Shown in pieces: positions 44,390 to 53,449 of a stretch of 64,000 nt of DNA. The translations under genes and the position numbers were made by a program. The first letter of the stretch is position 1, and every line of letters begins with the position of its first letter. Source of the DNA: Bacilli bacterium (lineage in GTDB: Bacteria > Bacillota_I > Bacilli_A > RFN20 > CAG-826); assembly GCA_017940265.1 (NCBI GenBank), contig JAGAYY010000025.1, forward strand, positions 64,711 through 128,710. The letters run 5' to 3'. The notes beneath the pieces are model-generated. The model worked only from the letters and a program-made list of their open reading frames with translations, did not search any database and was not told the DNA's origin.

Positions 44390-44765
44390 AGAAATAGCAG
44401 AAAAATACATCGACCTATTTATTATGCTGGTCGAAAAAGCTGGACGTGAAACAGGAAACAACTCATACCTTAAGGTTGATGAAATTCTTAAGGAAAAGTG
44501 TGGTGGAATGTATGAGAAGATATACCAGGATGAACCGGAATTTAATATCTTTGTTTGTATCTTGATAGTTAATGTCTTCTATGATATCTATGGTGACGAG
44601 CTTTCTTCCTGGGATTCGGATACTGCAGGAGATAAACTAACCGAATTTTATACCCTCTACCTAAAGAAAGCCACCAAGAAATTTTGCTCAAGTTATGGTC
44701 TTCCGGTTTTTGATGACCCAGAGACCTCATTTGCAATGAAAAAGTATGTCATTAAAAAGAATTGA
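44379..44765 (+). CDS. hypothetical protein
   Basis: 128-aa ORF. Confidence 0.5.
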   Translation: MTYKEIAEKYIDLFIMLVEKAGRETGNNSYLKVDEILKEKCGGMYEKIYQDEPEFNIFVCILIVNVFYDIYGDELSSWDSDTAGDKLTEFYTLYLKKATKKFCSSYGLPVFDDPETSFAMKKYVIKKN

Positions 44766-45051
44766 TATAGTCGTTTATATAGTAGCTACCGGACCTATCT
44801 ATCTCACACCCCTGAAGACAAGCGTAATGGTAGGGGAAACAAAAGAAGAAGCAGTAGTCCGGAGTTGTGAGGAAGCTGGATTAGATGTCTCAGAACTAGA
44901 TCCTCCATATAAGCTGAAGGAAATTAATACCCCAGAAGCTTATGTGACTTATTATGTTTACCAAACTGAGGCCTCTGATCTCAGGGACTTCGTAGCGCAG
45001 GCCAATAATCCGGAACTTAAAGTGGTGGAGGGCACAGTTGAGAGCTTCTGA
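44746..45051 (+). CDS. hypothetical protein
   Basis: 101-aa ORF. Confidence 0.45.
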   Translation: MSLKRIDIVVYIVATGPIYLTPLKTSVMVGETKEEAVVRSCEEAGLDVSELDPPYKLKEINTPEAYVTYYVYQTEASDLRDFVAQANNPELKVVEGTVESF

Positions 45052-45066
45052 AGGTTTTATTTCTTA

Positions 45067-45113
45067 AAATCATATACCTAGTTATCATAGATAACATAAT
45101 ATATGATTTTTTT
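45067..45113 (+). terminator. intrinsic terminator (nested hairpin plus T-run)
   Basis: AAATCATATA...TATATGATTT outer stem, GTTATC/GATAAC inner stem, followed by TTTTTTT. Confidence 0.7.
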
Positions 45114-45344
45114 ATTTCATCTTGGGTCGCCCACCTAGCCCCTCCTCACTTCGTTCGTCGTTGCCCGACCCAAGACTCTGTTCAGGAGACCTGAACAAGA
45201 GGATATCATTATCTCTCCTGAGGTTTTTTAACCGAAGGGAGAGACATAATCAGGGGACCTCTAAGGGACCCTGATATGACATAGATTCTAACGAAGTAGT
45301 AAGGGCTTGTCCCGAACGTTAAGAATCTTTTTGTATATAATAAG

Positions 45345-45401
45345 ACGCACACTTTTTTCTCTTATTAGGAAAAATGAAATTTTGGAAGAAAAAGTGTGCG
45401 T
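45345..45401 (+). promoter_or_regulatory. 13-bp inverted repeat upstream of cassette 2
   Basis: ACGCACACTTTTT...AAAAAGTGTGCGT separated by about 30 nt, followed by TTTTGC; about 100 nt before the ATG at 45500. Confidence 0.55.
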
Positions 45402-45499
45402 TTTGCTCTTAAAGAGGGCTCAAATCCTAATATATGAATGACAAGAAGCTCTCAACTGTAATTTTGAGAGCTCAGAACAATTTAAAAATAAAAACAAAA

Positions 45500-47545
45500 A
45501 TGGAAAAACATAACATTATTGTACCAAGAGGAATTAGATATATTAGTGATTGGAAAGAATATAATCTTAGAGACTTTCCTTTTCCTCACATCTTAGATAA
45601 AGTATTAACTGGGTGTGGTTATACTGAATACTGTCTCAGAAATGATCAGGATCTAATTCTATGTAGTCCACGAAGAATGCTTTTAGAAAATAAAGAACAG
45701 CAACATCGTGGAGAAATTTTTTATGCTCGAAACGAAGCATGTGATGAAGAATTTGATAGAGTTTTTACAGAAAGCGAAGGAAAAAAGAAAGCAAATCAAA
45801 AAATAATTTATTACACTGATAATACTAGTAGTACATCTTCAATAATTCTAAAGTTAAAACAAGATGTAATTTATTATTATAATAAGAGAAAATCCGAAGG
45901 TAAACCAGTTAAAATTATTGTTACTTATGATTCTTTTCGCCATGTTAAAGAAACTCTATTAAGTTTTAATCTTTTCCAAAATTTTCAGGTAGTAGTCGAT
46001 GAATTTCAATCGGTTCTAGTAGATGTAAAATTTAAATCCAATACCGAATTAGAATTATTAAATCAGCTCTTAGGAATTCAGAGGGTATGTTTTGTATCCG
46101 CTACTCCCATGTTAGATAAATATCTAGGTAGACTAGATGAATTCAAAGAATTGCCTTATTATAAGTTAGATTGGGAAACTAAGGATCCTGGACGTATTAT
46201 TAATCCTAACCTTCAAGTGCATAAAACTGACAGTATTTTTAAAGATATTACTAAAATAATAACAAAATATCAAAATAATCAATTTGATGCTGAATCTTGG
46301 GTGGATGATAGTGGGTTGATTCATGAAACTCAATCTAGAGAAGCAGTCATATATGTTAATTCAGTTAAGACTATTTGTAGTGTAATTACTAGATTTGGAT
46401 TGACTTTAGATAATACTAATATTCTATGTGCAAGAACACCAGATAATGAAGAAAAACTTCGAAAATCATTTAACGAAGTCCAAAAAAGATCTGGACTTGA
46501 TAAAAAATATAAGAAAGAAGATCAAATCATAGGATATATTCCAAGAAAAGGTGAGCCTCATAAGATGTTTACCTTCTGTACTCGAACTGTATACTTAGGG
46601 GCGGATTTCTATTCTACTTGTGCTAAGACTTATATTTTTAGCGACAGTAATATAGAATGTCTATCTGTTGATATTTCCCTAGATCTTCCTCAAATTCTGG
46701 GAAGACAGAGATTAGATGAAAATCCTTGGAAAAATTCAGCTGATCTCTATATTAAAAGTACTTTGGCTAAATTGTCTAGAGAAGATTTTGATAGAGAATT
46801 AAAACAGAAAATAGAAATTACCAATGATCTTCTTCTTTCTTATAATACAACTCCAACTAATAAAGCAAAACATTCGTTAGCTTCTGCTTATGAAGACAGA
46901 GTTAAGAGCCTATCTTATAAAAAAGATTATGTAGCAGTTAACCATCATGCAGGTTCAGATCTTATCCCGGTATTCAATAACCTAATGCTAGTAGCAGACG
47001 AAAGATCTTTCGATATTCAACAGATAGATTATAAAGATAGAGTTTCTGTGTTTAATACCTTGAAGAATAAAGGATTTATTACAATTGATGTTGATAAAGA
47101 ATTAGAAACCTTTAACAGTATTCCTTATTATCATGATAAGATGAGATACGTTTGCCAGCTTAGTAATACTCTAGACTCTATACATTTTGATCTATTTCTT
47201 AATTCTATCTCTAAAGATTATAAAAATTATTACGTTGTATTAGGTTCAGAAGGATGCAGTGCTTGTAAATTTAGGAGAAAAGAAATGGAAATAGAATATC
47301 AAAGGATAATAGGAAATCAAAGAGTAGATTTTCATTTAGAATTAGATAAACAATTTAAAGTGGGAGAAAGGTATCTATTTTCTGATATAAAGAAAATCCT
47401 GACTGAAATTTATAATTTAGTTGGATATCAACAAACTCCAAAAGCAACTGATCTTGAGGAGTGGTATGTTCTCAAATCTTGTCAGATTACTAATCCAATA
47501 ACAAAGAAAAGAGAACATGGTTATAAAATATTAGCTAAGAAATGA
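45500..47545 (+). CDS. SF2 helicase-like protein with non-canonical motif I, cassette copy 2
   Basis: TGCGYTEY, ILCSPRRMLL, VVDEFQS, VSATP, QILGRQR; start by alignment with copy 1 (the ORF opens at 45434). Confidence 0.7.
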   Translation: MEKHNIIVPRGIRYISDWKEYNLRDFPFPHILDKVLTGCGYTEYCLRNDQDLILCSPRRMLLENKEQQHRGEIFYARNEACDEEFDRVFTESEGKKKANQKIIYYTDNTSSTSSIILKLKQDVIYYYNKRKSEGKPVKIIVTYDSFRHVKETLLSFNLFQNFQVVVDEFQSVLVDVKFKSNTELELLNQLLGIQRVCFVSATPMLDKYLGRLDEFKELPYYKLDWETKDPGRIINPNLQVHKTDSIFKDITKIITKYQNNQFDAESWVDDSGLIHETQSREAVIYVNSVKTICSVITRFGLTLDNTNILCARTPDNEEKLRKSFNEVQKRSGLDKKYKKEDQIIGYIPRKGEPHKMFTFCTRTVYLGADFYSTCAKTYIFSDSNIECLSVDISLDLPQILGRQRLDENPWKNSADLYIKSTLAKLSREDFDRELKQKIEITNDLLLSYNTTPTNKAKHSLASAYEDRVKSLSYKKDYVAVNHHAGSDLIPVFNNLMLVADERSFDIQQIDYKDRVSVFNTLKNKGFITIDVDKELETFNSIPYYHDKMRYVCQLSNTLDSIHFDLFLNSISKDYKNYYVVLGSEGCSACKFRRKEMEIEYQRIIGNQRVDFHLELDKQFKVGERYLFSDIKKILTEIYNLVGYQQTPKATDLEEWYVLKSCQITNPITKKREHGYKILAKK

Positions 47546-47546
47546 T

Positions 47547-48545
47547 ATGATTTATTTAATTAAATCCGCCGCATTTAAAGAGGGTGGAGGATATGAAACT
47601 ATTTTAAAAATTGGATATGCAAGTGAGAATTCTATGAGATATAGAGAAACTGCTTATCGTACTGAAAATCCAACTTTTAAAATTATTCAAACGATCCATG
47701 GAGGAGACTTACAAGATGAAACAAATCTACATTATAAGTTTTGTCATCTCCTGAGATATGGAAGAGAATGGTTTAGTGAGGATGAAGAGATTTATGAATT
47801 TTTCAGATCTCACACTACAAAAGAATCATTACAAGATCTAGAAACACATTATTCAATACGAAAACAAAAAATTATAGACTCTGAAGAAAAACTTAGGCCT
47901 AGTAGACTTAGTTGGATGATAGGGAAAGTTTTAGAAACAAAATCAGGGATTGATTATATTTTATCTCTAGAAGAATTGATAAATACATTAGGATCTTTAA
48001 AATCTGATAAAGATAAACAAGAATTCTTAGTATTAACTTATCCAGATATAAATTTTGAGCAACAAGCCATAACATCAGACGGAGTATTAGGTGCTCTCAA
48101 TACCTTCAATTCTTTCCCGACTTTTGCAGAGAAACTTAGATACATACATGAAGTTGAAGTTACTCTAGGATCTGAACAAATGCCGCTGTTCCTAGATTCA
48201 ATTCCTCTTAAATTTAAAAATTATTATCTGGTGTTTGGTGATACTAGGCTTAAGGCACTGGAGTATCGAGAAATAGAAATTACTAGAGAATGGGAAAGGA
48301 TTAAAAATAACTCAGAACTAGAAAGAGATCTGATTTCAGCTATTGAATCCGTTTTCAAGGTTGGTGAAAGATATACTAAGGCTCAGATCAAAGAAAAACT
48401 TCGAGAAATCTATCAGGAACTAGGATATAAACAGTCGCCAAAAGCTACAGACCTAGAAAAATGGTTTATATTAAAGTCTATTATGTTTACAAATAAAGAA
48501 ACAGGTAAACGTGATGCTGGTTTTGAAATCTTAAGCCGGAAATAA
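47547..48545 (+). CDS. T5orf172 (GIY-YIG-like) domain protein, cassette copy 2
   Basis: IYLIKS...LKIGYASENSMRYRE...YGREWFSE; its C-terminal 140 aa are homologous to the C-terminus of 45500..47545. Confidence 0.7.
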   Translation: MIYLIKSAAFKEGGGYETILKIGYASENSMRYRETAYRTENPTFKIIQTIHGGDLQDETNLHYKFCHLLRYGREWFSEDEEIYEFFRSHTTKESLQDLETHYSIRKQKIIDSEEKLRPSRLSWMIGKVLETKSGIDYILSLEELINTLGSLKSDKDKQEFLVLTYPDINFEQQAITSDGVLGALNTFNSFPTFAEKLRYIHEVEVTLGSEQMPLFLDSIPLKFKNYYLVFGDTRLKALEYREIEITREWERIKNNSELERDLISAIESVFKVGERYTKAQIKEKLREIYQELGYKQSPKATDLEKWFILKSIMFTNKETGKRDAGFEILSRK

Positions 48546-48551
48546 AATAAA

Positions 48552-48580
48552 AAGATATAGAAAATATAATTCTATATCTT
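48552..48580. terminator. bidirectional terminator at a convergent junction
   Basis: AAGATATAGAA-7 nt-TTCTATATCTT flanked by A-rich and T-rich tracts. Confidence 0.8.
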
Positions 48581-48593
48581 TTCTTTTTCTTTC

Positions 48594-49493
48594 TTACATC
48601 GATTCTAGAAGGTTCTTTGATGTTATATACTGATCAAGAATTTCATCAGTACTTTCAATTCCCCAGGCTGAATGAATTATAACACCAAAACGACAGACCG
48701 AGAATACAAATGGATCTCGCGGAAGAACTCTAATTTTGAAATTTTCTGCGTTCTTCATTTCTTTCTGAGGTGCGGCGATGAAGAAATTATCAACTTTATT
48801 TCCTTGTAAGTTAGTATAGCTTGATAGGTCGGATACATTACAAGAAAAACATCCGGCCTCTTTTAGAAGATCTTTTAAATAATAATCTATTCTATAGTAA
48901 GAATCTCCCGTTACAAGTTTGATTGGAAATCTCATAATACTCTCGAGGTATTTATTACCAAGGAACTTCTTTTTATCCCTACTATCAATACGTAGTTCAT
49001 TGATGTAGTAAGTGTTAGTTTCCCATAGAGTCCTCTTAAGAAGTTTGGGCATACTATCATAATCTAACATCTTCCTCTTAGCCCGTTTTAGTTGCTCCAA
49101 GTTCTCGGAAGGTATAGCTCCAGTATAATTTCCAGGGATTCCACACCAAAGACCATATTTCTTCAAGAGGGATTCAAAATCAGAAATCTTGATGAGTAAG
49201 GTATTTTTCCCAAAGTGCTGATACATTTCTTTAGTGAATTCGAGTCTTTCTGCATACTCCTTAAGAACTGATTCAATTTCTTGTCCCTTAAGGATTGCGG
49301 ACTTGATATACTGAGCATTCATTGTATTACAGAAACCAAGCTCATTCAGAGTCTCAAATTCGGTCAGCTCTTTCTTAGATACTTTAACTAACTCAAGCTC
49401 TTTAGTCGTTTCATTTGCATAAGCGACACAAGCTGCATAAAGTGCAAGATGTATTTCCTCAGCACTATAATTCTTTTTGAGTAATCCTAACAT
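48594..49493 (-). CDS. hypothetical protein
   Basis: 299-aa ORF. Confidence 0.55.
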   Translation of the reverse strand: MLGLLKKNYSAEEIHLALYAACVAYANETTKELELVKVSKKELTEFETLNELGFCNTMNAQYIKSAILKGQEIESVLKEYAERLEFTKEMYQHFGKNTLLIKISDFESLLKKYGLWCGIPGNYTGAIPSENLEQLKRAKRKMLDYDSMPKLLKRTLWETNTYYINELRIDSRDKKKFLGNKYLESIMRFPIKLVTGDSYYRIDYYLKDLLKEAGCFSCNVSDLSSYTNLQGNKVDNFFIAAPQKEMKNAENFKIRVLPRDPFVFSVCRFGVIIHSAWGIESTDEILDQYITSKNLLESM

Positions 49494-49499
49494 ATTTTT

Positions 49500-49862
49500 T
49501 CAATGATTAATAATCTCATATGAATTTTCTCCGGCGATTGACATCCAGATAATAGAATTTTCAGATCCGTTCCCTAGATACCATCTTCCATCTTTTAAGG
49601 ACCAACACACTAAGTATTCGAGTTTTCCCACTTTAACTGTATCACCTTCGTATATTTTCTTAGGTTCTCCATTTCCGTGTCTAGCCCAAAAACCAGTAAA
49701 TTGACCTACTGTATTCGGATCCACCTGATAGTTTTCAAAATCTAAGGCGGATGCAAGAAATGCAGGAAGTATATATTCTTCTCCTCCTTCATCATAGAGA
49801 CTTCCTACTAACCATTTATCTTTTTCAATAAGTGATTTTCCTCTAAATTCTATTTCTCTCAT
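49500..49862 (-). CDS. YopX-like protein
   Basis: MREIEFRGK...VGQFTGF......KIYEGDTV fits the YopX pattern. Confidence 0.6.
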   Translation of the reverse strand: MREIEFRGKSLIEKDKWLVGSLYDEGGEEYILPAFLASALDFENYQVDPNTVGQFTGFWARHGNGEPKKIYEGDTVKVGKLEYLVCWSLKDGRWYLGNGSENSIIWMSIAGENSYEIINH

Positions 49863-49969
49863 ATATTAATAAGGAAATTAAATGAGGGATTTATCTATCA
49901 CAGACTAATCCCTCAAATCTTGTTCATACGACTGAACAAAACAGAATTGTAAAATTTTTTGTTTCGCTT

Positions 49970-50047
49970 CATATATAAGGAATACAGAGTCCACTTTTTC
50001 TAAATCGATAAAACGCGTACCAGAAGCTTTGAATACCTTACTGATGG
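49970..50047 (+). promoter_or_regulatory. composite intergenic motif in a divergent region
   Basis: CATATATAAGG (49970-49980) followed by AAATCGATAAAACGCGTACCAGAAGCTTTGAATACCTTACTGATGGG. Confidence 0.5.
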
Positions 50048-50183
50048 GAGAAAAATGCGCTCCCGAAGGCCTTAGTGCCTTATGATTGATAATTATATTA
50101 TAAGTCCTCCTTGGGAAATCCTGAGGAGGCAAAAGAGAATTTTTATATATTTACAATTTTAATTTAAACATTATTTTATTATT

Positions 50184-51416
50184 ATGCAAGTTTCAGATTT
50201 TATGGAGAAATTAGCTAAGCAGACTAGTTCTCCCGCAGCACGTACATTTAGCAGACCTAATCGCAAAATTGAAAAGTTAAGCCTTAATCATCCAGCTAAT
50301 CTCGGACGTTATCAGGTTATTCCGTTTGTATCAGATGTAACGGACTTTCCATTTGTATCAGGTTCAGTTAAGCAGATTAATATTCCTAGAAAGAATGTAG
50401 ATCAGTCAGGAAATGTTAATCAGTACAATGCTTGGATTCATATTCCTTCGGCAGGTTTTTATCAGATGAAGGATATGAGTGGTCGAACTGTTTCTAGCTT
50501 GACCACAGAGGATGAAAAACTCCTTAGTACAGCATCATCGTTGTGGGATGAACTCTACACAGAACTAGACGGAAAGAATAATTGGGCAGCAGTCAAAGAT
50601 CTCGTACGTCGTAGAAATTACACACTGTTCACTGGTTATTGCTTGAATTTCTGGAAGTACGGTTCAGCTGATCCTCGTGTTCCTGATCGTCAAAACTTCA
50701 GTGCTTTGTTCATGATTACTACAAAGTCATTTACTAGTAGTATTGAAGAGAATATTAGCAACAAGTCATTGATGGAGGGCTCACAGGATTGGATTGATAA
50801 GGTTTATAATAATGACCTTAAGAACCGTGATGGATTCCTGTTGTTCAGCGTTAACAAGGACCGTGATCGTGCAGGTTTTACATCTAGTGCACAGCATGAG
50901 TATGGTAAGAGCCAGATGCTATCTCAGGTAGAAATTAGTCAGGAAGACTTCGATGCAGGTATGAATGATCCTGTTAGTCTGTTCCTTGGTTGGCAGGCCT
51001 CTAATCAAGATGCCGATAAGCCTTTCGGAACACGTCGTCTCTTTAATGCTGCTCTCATCAAAGAAGCAGTAGACTATATGGCTTCTATGCTCGCTGCTGT
51101 TCGAGGTGCTAAGGCCGCAGGTACTTCAGTCGAGGAAGCAATTGCCTTGACTAACCAAACTGCTTTTGATTCAGCCCAGACAGTAACCGATACACAAGGA
51201 AATCCGGTCGGTACTGCGGATATTGCTGCTAAGAATACAGATCCTTTCCATACACCAGCTTCCAGCCGCGTGGATCCCGTAACAGGTGCTCCGGTAGGTT
51301 CAGGAAATAGCGCAGGTTTTGGTGGATTTGGTACAGCCGCAACAAATCCCTTCAACGCAGCACCTTCGTTTGGTGCACCTGCTGGAGAGAGTAGTTCCGA
51401 GGGATTGCCCTTCTAA
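50184..51416 (+). CDS. putative single-stranded DNA-binding protein
   Basis: A Gly/Ala/Pro/Phe-rich disordered tail ending ...ESSSEGLPF resembles the SSB acidic tip (…DIPF). It heads a FEN / SWIM / Mre11-Rad50 block. The core fold was not recognised. Confidence 0.45.
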   Translation: MQVSDFMEKLAKQTSSPAARTFSRPNRKIEKLSLNHPANLGRYQVIPFVSDVTDFPFVSGSVKQINIPRKNVDQSGNVNQYNAWIHIPSAGFYQMKDMSGRTVSSLTTEDEKLLSTASSLWDELYTELDGKNNWAAVKDLVRRRNYTLFTGYCLNFWKYGSADPRVPDRQNFSALFMITTKSFTSSIEENISNKSLMEGSQDWIDKVYNNDLKNRDGFLLFSVNKDRDRAGFTSSAQHEYGKSQMLSQVEISQEDFDAGMNDPVSLFLGWQASNQDADKPFGTRRLFNAALIKEAVDYMASMLAAVRGAKAAGTSVEEAIALTNQTAFDSAQTVTDTQGNPVGTADIAAKNTDPFHTPASSRVDPVTGAPVGSGNSAGFGGFGTAATNPFNAAPSFGAPAGESSSEGLPF

Positions 51417-51472
51417 GTTTTGAAAAGTGAGTAGATATGGTTTTAGCACTATATCTACTCCAAGTTTCTTTT

Positions 51473-52483
51473 ATGGAAAATAAATTTGAATTAGCATTAG
51501 TTGACGGATCTTTCATGCTTAAGAGATCCGCAGCCATGGTAGCTAAAGGCAGAGATCCCAAGACTGTCAGACCCGGGGAAATTTTGACCTTGATAATACA
51601 AACACTCCGGAAGGCTGCCAGAGATTATGGTATCACATGCTCTAAGTATATATTTGTATGGGATCAGTGGAAGCCGGAGTGGGGTGGTTATTGGAGAACC
51701 TACCTAATGAAAGACTTCGGTAACTATAAGGGAACAAGAAGTTATTGGAATGAGGAGAAAATTGAATCCTTACGTCGAGATCCGGAGGTAAGTGCCTTTG
51801 AGCTTGCTGGGCTGGAGTCTGAATATGAAATGCATTGCTTGAGAGAAAAAACTAAGAGAGCGATTGTTGAAGATTTTTGGAAACTAGGAATCTTGAGCTA
51901 TGAGTATCCTGGGTATGAAGCAGATGATATTATTACATTAGCTACCCATTCCCTCTTAAATCACCAAACTTCTCCTTATGTTATTATTTCTAAGGATACT
52001 GATCTCCATTATTCATTAACCCCTATGACATATTTTTATAAGGTTGGATCGAAGGAAGAAGATCTAGTGGGATATGATCAGATGTGGGAAAAGGTACCAA
52101 TGGGAATTAAGGCCACGGGAATAAGTCTCTATCAATATAAAGCTTACCTCGAGTCTTTGTCGGTTACGCATAATGACATGACCCGAACACTTAAGCCTGG
52201 AAAAGATGTTAATATGGCAATCCTTAAAATAATGGATGGAGATTTTTCTGACCTATCTGACCCTCTAGCATTCAAAGCTCAATTTGGTACTTTCGATCTA
52301 TGGAGTTTCCCGGATGTTGATCAGGTTTTATCTGACATCTCTGGTTTTCCAGTGAGGGGTATATATCCGGACATGACGGGGTGGAATGAGGTTAGGAAGA
52401 AGTATGGTATTTTTCGTATCTCTGATGACTACTTCTATGAGTTCTCCAAAGGATTTGATCAAAAATTATTCTGTGACCGATGA
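51473..52483 (+). CDS. 5'-3' exonuclease / flap endonuclease (T4 RNase H-like)
   Basis: LALVDGSF, YEADDII, ISKDTDL are motifs of the PIN-like 5' nuclease family. Confidence 0.75.
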   Translation: MENKFELALVDGSFMLKRSAAMVAKGRDPKTVRPGEILTLIIQTLRKAARDYGITCSKYIFVWDQWKPEWGGYWRTYLMKDFGNYKGTRSYWNEEKIESLRRDPEVSAFELAGLESEYEMHCLREKTKRAIVEDFWKLGILSYEYPGYEADDIITLATHSLLNHQTSPYVIISKDTDLHYSLTPMTYFYKVGSKEEDLVGYDQMWEKVPMGIKATGISLYQYKAYLESLSVTHNDMTRTLKPGKDVNMAILKIMDGDFSDLSDPLAFKAQFGTFDLWSFPDVDQVLSDISGFPVRGIYPDMTGWNEVRKKYGIFRISDDYFYEFSKGFDQKLFCDR

Positions 52484-52692
52484 TAGAAATAACAACGATA
52501 ACTACTGGTGAGACTTATAAGTTTGATCAGGAGACAGAACGAATTTATAAGTCTGGTATTTTGATTCCTAGAGTAGAAGCTGAACCTGTTTACTCTGGGA
52601 TGAAGTTTGCTGGGATATACCTGAAGACTAAAGATTCGGTACTTAGTTTATCTGGCAAAATTAACAAACTAACTGACCCTGAAACGTTATGA
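52480..52692 (+). CDS. hypothetical protein
   Basis: 70-aa ORF with an ATGA overlap. Confidence 0.45.
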   Translation: MIEITTITTGETYKFDQETERIYKSGILIPRVEAEPVYSGMKFAGIYLKTKDSVLSLSGKINKLTDPETL

Positions 52693-53183
52693 AGCAGAAG
52701 ACTATTGGTGAGTTAATTGGAAGTACAGAAGCCGCCAGATTAGAAAAAGCGGGATCATGTACTGTCTCATTAGAACGCACGTATCATGAGCTTAAACGTG
52801 CGACAGTTTTAGACAGATTTAAATCGCTTTTTAAGAGTGGCGGCATGATTAATGAGTACTACTTGATATTTAAGCTCAAGGTTACGTCCGGGAGTAGAAG
52901 CACGTGGGAAGTTTATATAAGAACTAACCCTGACTTTAATCTAATGGAGTGGGAATCAAATCCTATCCAAATATATTGTGGATGTCCTGATTTTAAATAT
53001 AGATGCGCTTATAACCTAGAGAAGACAGATTCTTTATTTAAGAATGAAAGACTCAAGGCAGAATTAGGTCCGGCTATTACAGAAAAACCAAAACGAGCTA
53101 CGGAAGGCCTGTTATGTAAACATTCGGTAGCTGCTCTGAGATGGCTGGTATCTAATTATTCCAGCGTTATGAAGACAATATGA
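52689..53183 (+). CDS. SWIM zinc-finger protein
   Basis: CGCPDFKYR...CKH (CxC-xn-CxH). Confidence 0.6.
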   Translation: MKQKTIGELIGSTEAARLEKAGSCTVSLERTYHELKRATVLDRFKSLFKSGGMINEYYLIFKLKVTSGSRSTWEVYIRTNPDFNLMEWESNPIQIYCGCPDFKYRCAYNLEKTDSLFKNERLKAELGPAITEKPKRATEGLLCKHSVAALRWLVSNYSSVMKTI

Positions 53184-53449
53184 AAAAGAAGGGAAACTTA
53201 ACAAGAAGATATTTACCGTATCGGATGTTAGCTTTTATTGCTAAGAGTAACGGAACTTTCTATAACTACAAACTCATGACTGTTACCTTAGAGCGCCCTT
53301 CTATTGTTAAGTTAACCAGAGATAGTGTTGAGATTCATCAACGATTATCTAAAGATCATAAATACTTAGAAGAAATAAAGGAATCATTAATTAAAGAAGC
53401 TAAAAATTTATTTGGTCAAGAACGAAATATTATAATTTATTATGAGTAA
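53180..53449 (+). CDS. hypothetical protein
   Basis: 89-aa ORF. Confidence 0.45.
   Translation: MKKKGNLTRRYLPYRMLAFIAKSNGTFYNYKLMTVTLERPSIVKLTRDSVEIHQRLSKDHKYLEEIKESLIKEAKNLFGQERNIIIYYE

Noticed and set aside
44746-45051. Nudix hydrolase
   Set aside because: GETKEEAVVRSCEEAGL resembles a Nudix box, but the spacing is off by one residue, the leading Gly-x5-Glu is missing, and the protein (101 aa) is too short.
49905-50132. 75-aa minus-strand ORF
   Set aside because: It lies in the divergent regulatory region, covering the motif copy and the leader hairpins of the SSB-like gene. It has no upstream gene context.
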